Source of the DNA: Nemertoderma westbladi
Lineage: Eukaryota; Animalia; Xenacoelomorpha
NCBI GenBank assembly: GCA_032718475.1
Contig: JAUCBJ010004254.1
Span: 18,784-82,783 of the forward strand
Length of the DNA stretch: 64,000 nucleotides
Direction of reading: 5' to 3'
Shown here piece after piece: positions 48,900 to 58,672 of this stretch (its first letter is position 1; each line of letters starts with the position of its first letter). The notes beneath the pieces are model-generated. The model was not told the DNA's origin. It ran no database searches and saw only the letters and a list, made by a program, of their open reading frames with translations. The position numbers and the translations under genes are program-made.

Positions 48900-49039
48900 G
48901 ATATCAAAGCGATATGTTCCGAAGCTGGGATGCTGGCATTGCGGGAGAGACGAATGAAGGTTTCCCATAAAGACTTTCAGAAAGCGAGGGATAACATTAT
49001 TTACAAAAAGAAAGAAAACCATCGACAATGTTCATGTAA
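48900..49039 (+). pseudogene. PSMC1: C-terminal fragment of 26S proteasome ATPase subunit Rpt2
   Basis: DIKAICSEAGMLALRERRMKVSHKDFQKARDNIIYKKKE closely matches the Rpt2 C-terminus; no other part of the gene in the window. Confidence 0.75.
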
Positions 49040-49489
49040 CGTTGTGTATTTATTATACAGTATAATATAATGTAAAAAAACAAAACATAATTTAATATTA
49101 ATTAATATTGCATTAATATAAAGATTATATTAGAGATATTTACCTTTACAAATTTCGAACAAGTTCTTTTCTTAAATGTGGTTGATATCCATTCCCGTTC
49201 TATATCTTGAGATATGGTCATCATAATATTTGTCAAGTAGTCATCATTTGATTGTCTAAAGAGTCAAATTCATTGCTATTACGAAAAATTCTTCTGGTTG
49301 TTGAATCATTTTCGTATTGCTAGTTTTATAAGATTTTACAAAAGACTGACTGTTAAATAAATAACTATAATATATAATAATAATATAAGGGACTTAAGTT
49401 GAATGATGTACAGTACATACTACCTAGAACCTAGACCTTTTGTGTGATAAATAACTGAGCCGAATTATTGAAAATAATATATAATTATT

Positions 49490-50057
49490 TATTACATGGG
49501 AAAAAAAGTAGAAATTTTTTTTCATTATTCTCGAGGCATTTTATTTACCGAGCGTCAGCGAGATTATTAAAGGGTCGAGAGAAAATTGAAAAAAAAAATG
49601 TTCTACGTTTTTTTCCCATGTAATACGTAATTTTATTCTTAAATTGGTACTTTTTGTTGCTAAATTCTTGAATAAAACATAGCGATATACTACAGTACAG
49701 CATTTAATGTTCTCGAATATTTATCACGTAACTAGACAGCCGCTTAACTACATAAACCAATATTGGATATTGAGTTCCGTTAAGGTGTACGCCGCGCAGA
49801 CACTAAAGTTGCAATAACTGTGTGTTAATGGATTTTGCTCAAATTACTTTCAAACCTTTTCTACGTCGAGGCTCTTTCACCACATGTAATAAAATTTAAA
49901 AAATTCCACCAAAAATATTTTTCTTTACTTTTTTCACCGGGTAAAAAAGTAAAATCAATGCAATCATCCTATTGATTACTTTGAATGATTTGATGAAACT
50001 TTTTCTCCCGATTTTGGGTTATATTCGAGCGAAAAAGTGACAATTTAAGAATAAAAT
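49490..50057. mobile_element. Non-autonomous element with a long terminal hairpin and inner inverted repeats (Crypton-like architecture)
   Basis: Hairpin 49490-49625 centred on CCGAGCGTCAGCGAG; 17-bp IR ATTTTATTCTTAAATTG (49630-49646) / CAATTTAAGAATAAAAT (50041-50057). Superfamily is an inference. Confidence 0.5.
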
Positions 50058-50695
50058 ATATTAATTTTTTATATTATTGTTTATATTTAGGACCCTTTTA
50101 GTGATAATAATTATTATTATTAATATATAATCGATTAAAATAATATAATACAATATATAAGATATGTAAGATTAATAAGATTAATAATATATAATATTAT
50201 TATTACCACCTATTATTTCGCGCTTCTTACTTTTTATTATTATTAATTTCTTATTTATATGGTATTATATGATTATATCTGGTCTTATTTATATATACAC
50301 TTGTGTTTTTACTGGTTGCATTTCAAATTTAATCCGCCTGAGGGTGTATCTTTATTACTATTTAATATGTAATATTATACATTAAGAAAGCCGAAAGTTG
50401 AATATACTTTTCAATATATACTTTTTTTTACAATGGAATTGGTGAAATTGGTGCCAAACCCAAACGAAAACGTATATGCGATATTGAGAAGACACTGATG
50501 TTACTTGTAAGAGAGAAGATCTCAAGATTGCCTACAAATTATATACAGCTGAAAATATGAAAGTGAAAGCTAAAGACCTCACGGTGCGGTGGCCCAAACT
50601 CAGAAGACCTCACATCACAAAAGCGAAATTAGAGTGGCTAAGTATGGATTTTACACACAAGGTATCATGTAGTATTTCCCGGTGTACCTTTTAGC

Positions 50696-50770
50696 TGAGC
50701 CACTAGCTGAAAGGTTAGAACGTCAGACTTCCAACCCGGAGGTCACCAGTTCGATCCCACCTGGACGTCA
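50696..50770 (+). mobile_element. tRNA-derived SINE head or tRNA pseudogene
   Basis: A box TAGCTGAAAGG (50704-50714), anticodon-like CTTCCAA, B box AGTTCGATCCC (50748-50758); stems pair poorly. Confidence 0.6.
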
Positions 50771-50816
50771 TTGCCGACTTTGCAAATAGCTGTGCCCATC
50801 GAAGGTTATAATAAAC

Positions 50817-51472
50817 CCCATGGCATGGTGGACGCCCCCATGGCATGGTGGACTGCCCTATGGCATGGTGGACTGCCCTATGGCATGGAGGACGGCCCCA
50901 TGGCATGGTGGACGGCCCCATGGCATGGTGGACAGTCCCATCTCAAGGTTGGACTGCCCCATGGCATGGTGGACGGCCCCATGGCATGGTAGACTGTCCC
51001 ATGGCAGGCTGGACAGCCCCATGGCATGGAGGACGGCCCCATGGTATGGTGGACGGCCCCCATGGCATGGTGGGCGGCCCCATGGCATGGTGGACAGTCC
51101 CATCTCAATGGTGGACTGCCCTATGGCATGGTGGACGGCCCCATGGCATGGTAGACTGTCCCATGGCTTGGTGGACAGCCCCATGGCAAGGAGGACGGCC
51201 CCATGGCATGGTGGACGGCCCCAGGGCATGGTGGAAGGCTCCATGGTATGGTGGACAGTCCCATGGCACGCTGGACAGCCCCATGGCATGGAGGACGGCC
51301 CCATGGCATGATGGACAGTCCCATGGCAATTGTAGACTGCCCCATGGCATGGTGGACGGCCCCATGGCATGGTAGACTGTCCCATGGCAGGCGGACAGCC
51401 TCATGGCATGGAGGACGGCCCCATGGTATGGTGGACCCATGGCATGGTGGACGGCCCCATGGCATGGTGGAC
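50817..51472. repeat. 21-bp GC-rich minisatellite (CATGGCATGGTGGACGGCCCC), ~31 units
   Basis: Directly visible; explains the many repetitive ORFs in the track. Confidence 0.95.
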
Positions 51473-52212
51473 TTTCACTACTACTAGGATCGGCATGCTG
51501 CATTGCAGCTGCATTTTTAAGAATGCTGTGCTGGCTTGTCGACAAAATTGCGCCGCCACAACTTCCTATCACCCATGACATTTGCTAGATCATCCGCATC
51601 TTCAAGACCAGTGTCCTTTACGATGCGTCTCAAGAAAGTCATGCTTATTCACTCCATGAGGCTGCCAATGTACAAGATTATGCCCTGGCTGGTCCTCACG
51701 GCGAAGGCAATGTCATGGCAGGATTTCCTCGACTTCTGGAGCCAGTAGGTGGAGTTATCATCACCCCATCATCATTATGATGATCTAAGGACATGCGTAT
51801 AACATAGTCAACCACAATTATGAACAAGAATGGTGCAAGTGTGTCTCCCTGGAGGACGCCCCATAACACTTCAAATGGTTCTGTGTCACCGTCAACAGTA
51901 GACACAAATGTTGTCGAACCATCGTATACTGATCTGATTGCTGCAATAATTTTATCAGGAATCCCATATAATGAAAGTATGCTGAACATACGTGAGCGAG
52001 AGACTGAATCAAAGGCCTTGAAGAAGTCAACAAAGATAACAGCCAGATGCCTGTCTTTCTTCTTTGATAACTCTTCAATTATCCTTCTAAGTGCCAAAAT
52101 GGGCTCCATGGTCCCATGACCTTTACGGAACCCATTCTGATTTCCATGGAACAGTCTCTCAATGGGATCCCTACGAAACAGAATATGGTCTATCTGGGAC
52201 TTGTGACCACTA

Positions 52213-55200
52213 CTACTACTAGGATCGGCATGCTGCATTGCAGCTGCATTTTTAAGAATGCTGTGCCGGCTTGTCAACAAAATTGCACCGCCACAACTCC
52301 CTATCACCCATGACATTTGCTAGATCATCCGCATCTTTAAGGCCAGTGTCCTTTAAGATGCGTCTCAAGAAAGTCATGGGCTGTCCACCATGCTTATTCA
52401 CTCCATGAGGCTGCCAAAGTACAAGATTATGCACTGGCTGGTCCTCACGGCGAAAGCAATGTCCTGCAAAGCGGAGGCGATTTTGTTCTAGTGTCAAGCT
52501 TGGGGGAACCAATGAGACACCTCCAATGTTATATAGTGTCTGGTTGGAGATGTGTGCATTGTACTTGACACAATGAACCCGGCGTAGCATTCTTGTGAAT
52601 GTGCCATCCAGAGATTTGGTGTCCTCAGCAGTTAGAGCCCAGCATGGACTCCCGTAGAGGAGTACTGGAACTACTGCTGCACTAAATAATCGGACCTTAA
52701 GTTTCCGATTAATTCTAGGTGACTTCCAAATCCTGGAAAGCCTATTCAAGGCTGCCCATGCCTTTCCCTTACGTATTCGAAGGTCCTCACCTGACTTCCG
52801 GATCCATGATCCCAGGTAACAGAAGTCGTCCACATGCTCAAGCATACCATCCTTTGAGCTTATGCTCATCCGATCAGAGACTTGCTGAGGACTTTCAAAG
52901 TTAACTGTCAGAATTTTGGTCTTTCTGGAGTTAATAAAAAGACCAACACTAGAAGCAGCATGTTCTAATGAGCTGAGGAGCCGCTGGGCTCCCTCTAATG
53001 ATTCTGAGAGTACTCCTAAGTCATCAGCAAAGTCTAGATCAGTTAGGTACTTGGCAGGATTTCCTCGACTTCTGGAGCCAGTAGGTGGAGTTATCATCAC
53101 CCCATCATCATTATGATGACCTAAGGACATGCGTAGAACATAGTCAACCACAATAATGAACAAGAATGGTGCAAGTGTGTCTCCTTGGAGGACGCCCCAT
53201 AACACTTCAAATGGTTCTGTGTCACCGTCAACAGTAGACACAAATGTTGTCGAACCATCGTATACTGATCTGATTGCTGCAATAATTTCATCAGGAATCC
53301 CATATAATGAAAGTATGCTGAACATACGTGAGCGAGAGACTGAATCAAAGGCCTTGAAGAAGTCAACAAAGATAACAGCCAGATGCCTGTCTTTCTTTTT
53401 TGATAACTCTTCAATTATCCTTCTAAGTGCCAAAATGGGCTCCATGGTCCCACGACCTTTACGGAACCCATTATGATTTCCACGTAGCAGTCTCTCAATG
53501 GGATCCCTGATGCGATTTAATAGAATTCTATTGTATAGTTTTGCAGCAATCGAGATCAATGAGATTCCCCGAAAAGAACCATAGAGTGTTAGGTTGCCCT
53601 TCTTGGGAACTGGCACCAACTTATTTGTTTTCATTTCTTGTGGGACTCTTGTTGTACGGTACATGTCTACTATGATGGGATAGATGAGCTTTAAACACTC
53701 AGGTATTTTAAAGACCTCAGGGGGAACACCATCTACTCCACTGGCACGATTGGTCTTAATGCTCTTTGCAGCAGCCTTCACTTCTGCAAAGGAGATATCG
53801 CCAATGGGAATATCTGGGAGTACAGACTCATACACTTTTACTTCTATAAAGTTATCAGGCAATACCCTGTCATTATTGAGGAGCTTTTCAAAGTGGGCTT
53901 TCCAACCATTAAGGCGATCGGCTGGTGATTCAGCCTTAACCTTGGTGGTTGGTTGGCTTTTCCGCCCAGTAAGCAGATTGATCGATTTCCATGCTTGGGA
54001 TGATTGCCTGCTGTCATCAGCATCATTGATGGCATCAACCTGTTGGTTTATTAGCTCCTGTAGATTAACAGAGTACTGCCTGTTCAGGGACCTAGATGCA
54101 GCTTTAACTGCATTCTTGGCCGCTGTAGTCTGTTTGAGTCGGGACTCTTTCTGCGCCTTATGAAGGTCATTTCGGCACTTCTGAATTTTGTTGTCAGTCC
54201 AGGGGGCCCTTTTCCTGTTTCGAGGGTATACAGGAACTGTTTCTGCAGCTGCTAACTTAACTGCTTCTGTAAAGGCAGTATAGCCCTCACAGTGATCTGC
54301 CGCCTCAGAGGCAAGAGCCTCATACCTGTTGCTCAGCTGTAGTGTGAAGCTGGATCTCACACTTGGCTGTTGCAACAGAGAGGACCAGTCATGCCGTGGC
54401 AAGGCAGATTTCGTTGTTCTGCTAGCACGCAGACTAAGTCTTACCTTGGCCACAATAAGGCGGTGATCACTGGAGAAGGGTCGAAGTGTAAATGCATTAC
54501 AGTCTTGTATAGAGCTCCTGTATTTCCTACGAAACAGAATATGGTCTATCTGGGACTTGTGACCACTGGGTCCACTATGAGTCCATAGCTTTCCAGTTCG
54601 CTTCTTGAACTGGGTTCCAGCCGAAAACAATCCATTTCCAGAGATAAAATCCTGAAGATGGACAGAATTTCGGATAACACTATTGCTATAGACCCAGGGC
54701 GATGTAGGTGATTGATGCAGACTTGCATTAAAGTCTCCCAGGAATGTTAAGAATGCATGCTGATCCACTCCATCAGTTGCTGCTTGTAGATTGTGGTAGA
54801 AATTTTCCACCTCCTCTACAGGGGCAACACTAGTTGGAGAGTAGCACACAATCAGAACCACCTTAGGAAACTTCTTAGCCAGTCTTCCAGAACATGAGAA
54901 GTGGCAACGGATGATGCGGTTAGAGATTTGGTCTATTTTGTCCAATGCTGCATGTGCAGTTGGATTCATCAATAGACCAATTCCACCATTGCCACTATCA
55001 TCTGCTGACGCGAGGGCGAGTCGCCAACCGCCCCCCATGTCCTTAATCAGAACATCATCAGTCTGTCCAGTCTGCATTCGGTGCTCTTGAACACCCACTG
55101 CGCTAAGAGAAAGCTTATCTGCCAAGGCAGTCAGCTCACCTTGTCGCATTGGGGACCCGAGTGTTAGGGTGTTTACTGAGGCTAGTCTAGTGACTTGCCT

Positions 55201-55978
55201 CAGATTCACCAATGGCTTTGTTGGTCGGGGTGGAACATGAGAGTAGCCTCCAACTCCAGAATCCCTCTCCCCATCACAATCTGGCCTCCCTGGTGACCCA
55301 GGGTTTGGGCCAGAAAGGTCATCAGGAAAGGGACTCAAAGAATTGTTGGCTGCTCTCTCTCCAGTAGGGGGTGAGACAGGCAGCCGGTCAGGAGTTAACT
55401 GACGCCTGTGAGGCCGATTGTGTCCGGTAATTCCACTGGCCTCTAGTGGCCGGACCTCCGCATTGCTAATGTAATCCATAGTGGGGGTTGGGGGGTGCTT
55501 TTTTGCCGAGTCAGCTCTCGGGGCAAATACCACACCCTGGTTTGCCATTCCACAGGGTGGGTGTCGCAATGGAGTCAGATATGAGGCCCATCACCCATAT
55601 CTACTCTGGCGTACATGACCCACCATTGGCTGTTGCAGCTCATCTGCTGGGTCATGCCCTGTACCCTTGCTGCCAGGTGCAGGTCGCAGTGAAGTGCCCT
55701 CAGAGTGGACATGAGAACACTCTACTCCTAACCAGCCATTGGTAGATCACCATCTGCCTGGTCAGGCCATATACCCCTGCAGCCAAGTATATGGGTCCTT
55801 AATCCAGGACCAAGGGCGTCCTTATCCCAGAACGAAGGGGGTCCTAGTTACAGGACCAGATTTGCCCTAGTAAGAGGGTCTATGCAGCTACAGGTGGCAC
55901 CTCCTTTATGCTGCATGGAGGTGGCAAGTTTTCTTGATCAATGACCTAGAATACCTGACCTGACAAAAAAAAGTCAGT
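52213..55978 (-). mobile_element. Full-length RTE-like LINE family R2, potentially active
   Basis: 13-bp TSD CTTGTGACCACTA (52200-52212, 55979-55991); (TAG)n tail; ~430-nt 5' UTR; one intact ORF. Confidence 0.95.
52252..55548 (-). CDS. APE endonuclease-reverse transcriptase (~1098 aa from first ATG)
   Basis: VQEH, YSP, GDFN, IDH, SDH endonuclease motifs; QGDTLAP, DFADD, YLGS RT motifs; RLRFAGHCFR C-terminus; no stops. Confidence 0.95.
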   Translation of the reverse strand: MANQGVVFAPRADSAKKHPPTPTMDYISNAEVRPLEASGITGHNRPHRRQLTPDRLPVSPPTGERAANNSLSPFPDDLSGPNPGSPGRPDCDGERDSGVGGYSHVPPRPTKPLVNLRQVTRLASVNTLTLGSPMRQGELTALADKLSLSAVGVQEHRMQTGQTDDVLIKDMGGGWRLALASADDSGNGGIGLLMNPTAHAALDKIDQISNRIIRCHFSCSGRLAKKFPKVVLIVCYSPTSVAPVEEVENFYHNLQAATDGVDQHAFLTFLGDFNASLHQSPTSPWVYSNSVIRNSVHLQDFISGNGLFSAGTQFKKRTGKLWTHSGPSGHKSQIDHILFRRKYRSSIQDCNAFTLRPFSSDHRLIVAKVRLSLRASRTTKSALPRHDWSSLLQQPSVRSSFTLQLSNRYEALASEAADHCEGYTAFTEAVKLAAAETVPVYPRNRKRAPWTDNKIQKCRNDLHKAQKESRLKQTTAAKNAVKAASRSLNRQYSVNLQELINQQVDAINDADDSRQSSQAWKSINLLTGRKSQPTTKVKAESPADRLNGWKAHFEKLLNNDRVLPDNFIEVKVYESVLPDIPIGDISFAEVKAAAKSIKTNRASGVDGVPPEVFKIPECLKLIYPIIVDMYRTTRVPQEMKTNKLVPVPKKGNLTLYGSFRGISLISIAAKLYNRILLNRIRDPIERLLRGNHNGFRKGRGTMEPILALRRIIEELSKKKDRHLAVIFVDFFKAFDSVSRSRMFSILSLYGIPDEIIAAIRSVYDGSTTFVSTVDGDTEPFEVLWGVLQGDTLAPFLFIIVVDYVLRMSLGHHNDDGVMITPPTGSRSRGNPAKYLTDLDFADDLGVLSESLEGAQRLLSSLEHAASSVGLFINSRKTKILTVNFESPQQVSDRMSISSKDGMLEHVDDFCYLGSWIRKSGEDLRIRKGKAWAALNRLSRIWKSPRINRKLKVRLFSAAVVPVLLYGSPCWALTAEDTKSLDGTFTRMLRRVHCVKYNAHISNQTLYNIGGVSLVPPSLTLEQNRLRFAGHCFRREDQPVHNLVLWQPHGVNKHGGQPMTFLRRILKDTGLKDADDLANVMGDRELWRCNFVDKPAQHS

Positions 55979-56431
55979 CTTGTGACCACTAGGTCCACTA
56001 TGAGTCCATAGCTTTCCAGTTCGCTTCTTGAACTGTGTTCCAACCGAAAAGAATCCATTTCCAGTAATCCTGAAGATGGATGGAATTTCGGTTAAGACTA
56101 TTGCTATAGACCCAGGGCGATGTAGGTGCTTGATACAGACTTTCATTAAAGTCTCCCAGGAATATTAAGAATGCATGCTGATCCACTCCATCATCAGTAG
56201 CTGCTTGTAGATTGTGGTAGAAATTTTCTACCTCCTCTACAGGGGCAACATTAGTTGGAGAGTAGCACACAATCAGAACCACCTTAGGAAAATTCTTGAA
56301 GGAAAATTGAAATATAAACTAGCTACTAATAAATATTTATAGAAGGAAGTAGGATGTCGGAACCAATGTTGAAATTACTAGCTAAACCTATCTAAAACAC
56401 TAGCTACCATAAAATTTTGTATCTTACTTAA

Positions 56432-57905
56432 CCCTATTAGTACCGGGCTATAAAATGCTGTGGGGGGGGGGGGGGGGGGGTCATATTGACCCCTCCCTCT
56501 AAAATCTACAAATATTAACGAAAACGTCTGATTTTTTGTTTGTACGTAGGTATCAGTAGTCTGGATCCGACCGAAAAAAAAAATTTTCGAAAAAATGTAC
56601 TGGGATGGTAATATTGCAGCACCAAAATTACAAGTAGTGCACAATTTTAACAAAATTTGAAAGTTACATTTTTCGGCTAATAGTTTTTCAATACAGTTTT
56701 TCTGGGGCGCAAAATACATTGGAAAATATTTAAAAATGATATGATTACCATAAATGGTTGTTTAGTCTTCTATGCGTAGGAAAAAAATGAACAAAACAAG
56801 TAACCAGCACTTTTCAGTTGGAACACAAAATTTTTAATTCACTTATGCGATGCTATAAATTCACATTTTCAGGTTTTCTAGGGCGCTGATTCTAATGGAA
56901 TACATTTCAAATATGCCAGATCATTGCTACTTGTATTTTTCGGCGTAATTTGGCAAATTTTGGTGCTAGCACCAAATTTCGTACCCATCACCAAAAAGTA
57001 CAAGTTTGCGATGTCCAGTGCTGTTTTTATTGATTCCATTGGATTCAGGACCCTCATAAACCCGTATAAAGCAAGAAACAAGATGATACTATCTACTGAT
57101 CAATTTACTCATTTTCCAAAATTTGGTGCAAAACAACAATTTTCACCCACCGGCGAAAATACAAGTTTGAAAACTCTTATGAAATTTTTACTGATTTCAT
57201 TGAATTCAGAACCCTAACAAACCAGTATAACGCAAGAAACAAGATGACACAATCAATTGATATATTTGATAGTTTTCAAAATTTGGTGCTAGCACCACAT
57301 TTTGCACCCACTTCCGAAAAATACAAGTTGGAGATGTCTAGGTCGATAATTACATATTCCATGGAATTCAGAACAGCCATAAACCTCTAAAAAGAAAGAA
57401 ATAAATTGTTGCAAGCAATTTTACAGTATCTATTGAATGGATTTTCAAAATTTCGTGCTAGCACCAAAATTTGCACACGGCACCGAAAAATACAAGTTTG
57501 ATACGCTTGGTGCAACTCGTATATATTTCATCGAAACCAAAACCCCAAAAAACCCCAATTGCGTAAAAAACAAGTTTCAAACAATCAATTTACAAAATTG
57601 ACATATTTCAAAATTTGGTGCTGGCACCAAAATTTGGCACCCGCCGAAAAAAACAAATTTGAAATTTCTAAATCAATTTATATGAATTCCATCCAATTGC
57701 TAACACCAAAAAACCGGTGTAAATCAAAAATAAAGATGTTACAATTCATATTTAATGAAATGAAATTTTCAAAAAACGTCTCAAAAAAAGTGCCAAAAAT
57801 AGGGTTAAAAAATGGTGCTATAACTCGAAAACTATCCTATATTTTTGAAAACAGTTTTCACTAATAGGAAGACAATATATTTTTAGGAAAATTCATAAAA
57901 TTTTT
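56432..57905 (+). mobile_element. piggyBac-like MITE family A copy lacking its right end
   Basis: TTAA|CCCTATTAGTACCGGG start; similarity to 44718-46291 stops about 90 bp before the right TIR. Confidence 0.9.
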
Positions 57906-58187
57906 AAGAGGCCAGTTCAAGTGACCTGTTCGGCCTTATAAATATAGTAGGCCATGGTAATATTATAGTTGAATAGTATTTTTCGAATTTAATATATTCG
58001 GTATTAGTGTGTTTTGGGCACACAACCAACCGAATTTTTAATAATAGCTAGGTTTTGATACTTTTTTTGAAAGTGTTTTAAAACATATTAATTAGCTATC
58101 AAGTAAGAAAAATATTAGTGTTCTGGAACACAGATTTTTGTTATTGATTACCGGTAATTTATATTAATTATTTTAATTTTTTTGGAT

Positions 58188-58295
58188 CCGGACAATTCCG
58201 ACCCATGAAAATTTCATTCGATCTTTGAAAGGGTCGGAATTGTCGGGGTCGGAATTATCAGTGACGAAATTGTCCTAGACGAATTAACGGAATTG
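58188..58295. repeat. Short inverted repeat with GTCGGAATTGTC-type subrepeats (MITE remnant)
   Basis: GACAATTCCGACCC...GGGTCGGAATTGTC followed by degenerate copies. Confidence 0.55.
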
Positions 58296-58672
58296 TGAAA
58301 TATTGTCGCAAGCCGGCATATCATTCTTAATAAAATATAATCTGATAACTCTAAACATAAACACTGATAACAGTAGATTCAAACCTTTTAATAAAATAAT
58401 ACCGAAAAATATAATAATTAATATGATAATAATTATAGTTCTTACTATAGTAGATAATATGTTATAATAATTTATATTTTATCTTTATATTATATATATT
58501 TATATTATATGTTAAATAAATAGTCTTTTGGATAATTATTCATTTTATATGTAAGAGTGCAGATGGCATTCGCGTTGTTAGGATTGCCTTGGTTGACGGG
58601 AATTAGTTGCTAGGGAACTGCCACCATTTGTTTCGAATGTTTTATCTGTATGTCAAATTCTAAACTACTTTG

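Larger units (their letters stand above)
51477..56296 (-). mobile_element. Older, internally deleted RTE-like R2 copy (51477-52212 and 55979-56296) that is the target of the full-length copy
   Basis: (TAG)n tail at ~51477; deletions near 51640, 51715 and 52170; endonuclease sequence continues across the insertion. Confidence 0.88.

Noticed and set aside
50696-50770. Functional tRNA-Gly(TCC)
   Set aside because: Acceptor and anticodon stems do not pair properly; treated as a SINE head or pseudogene.
50715-51588. Repetitive Trp/His/Met-rich ORFs
   Set aside because: Artefacts of a stop-free 21-bp minisatellite open in several frames on both strands.
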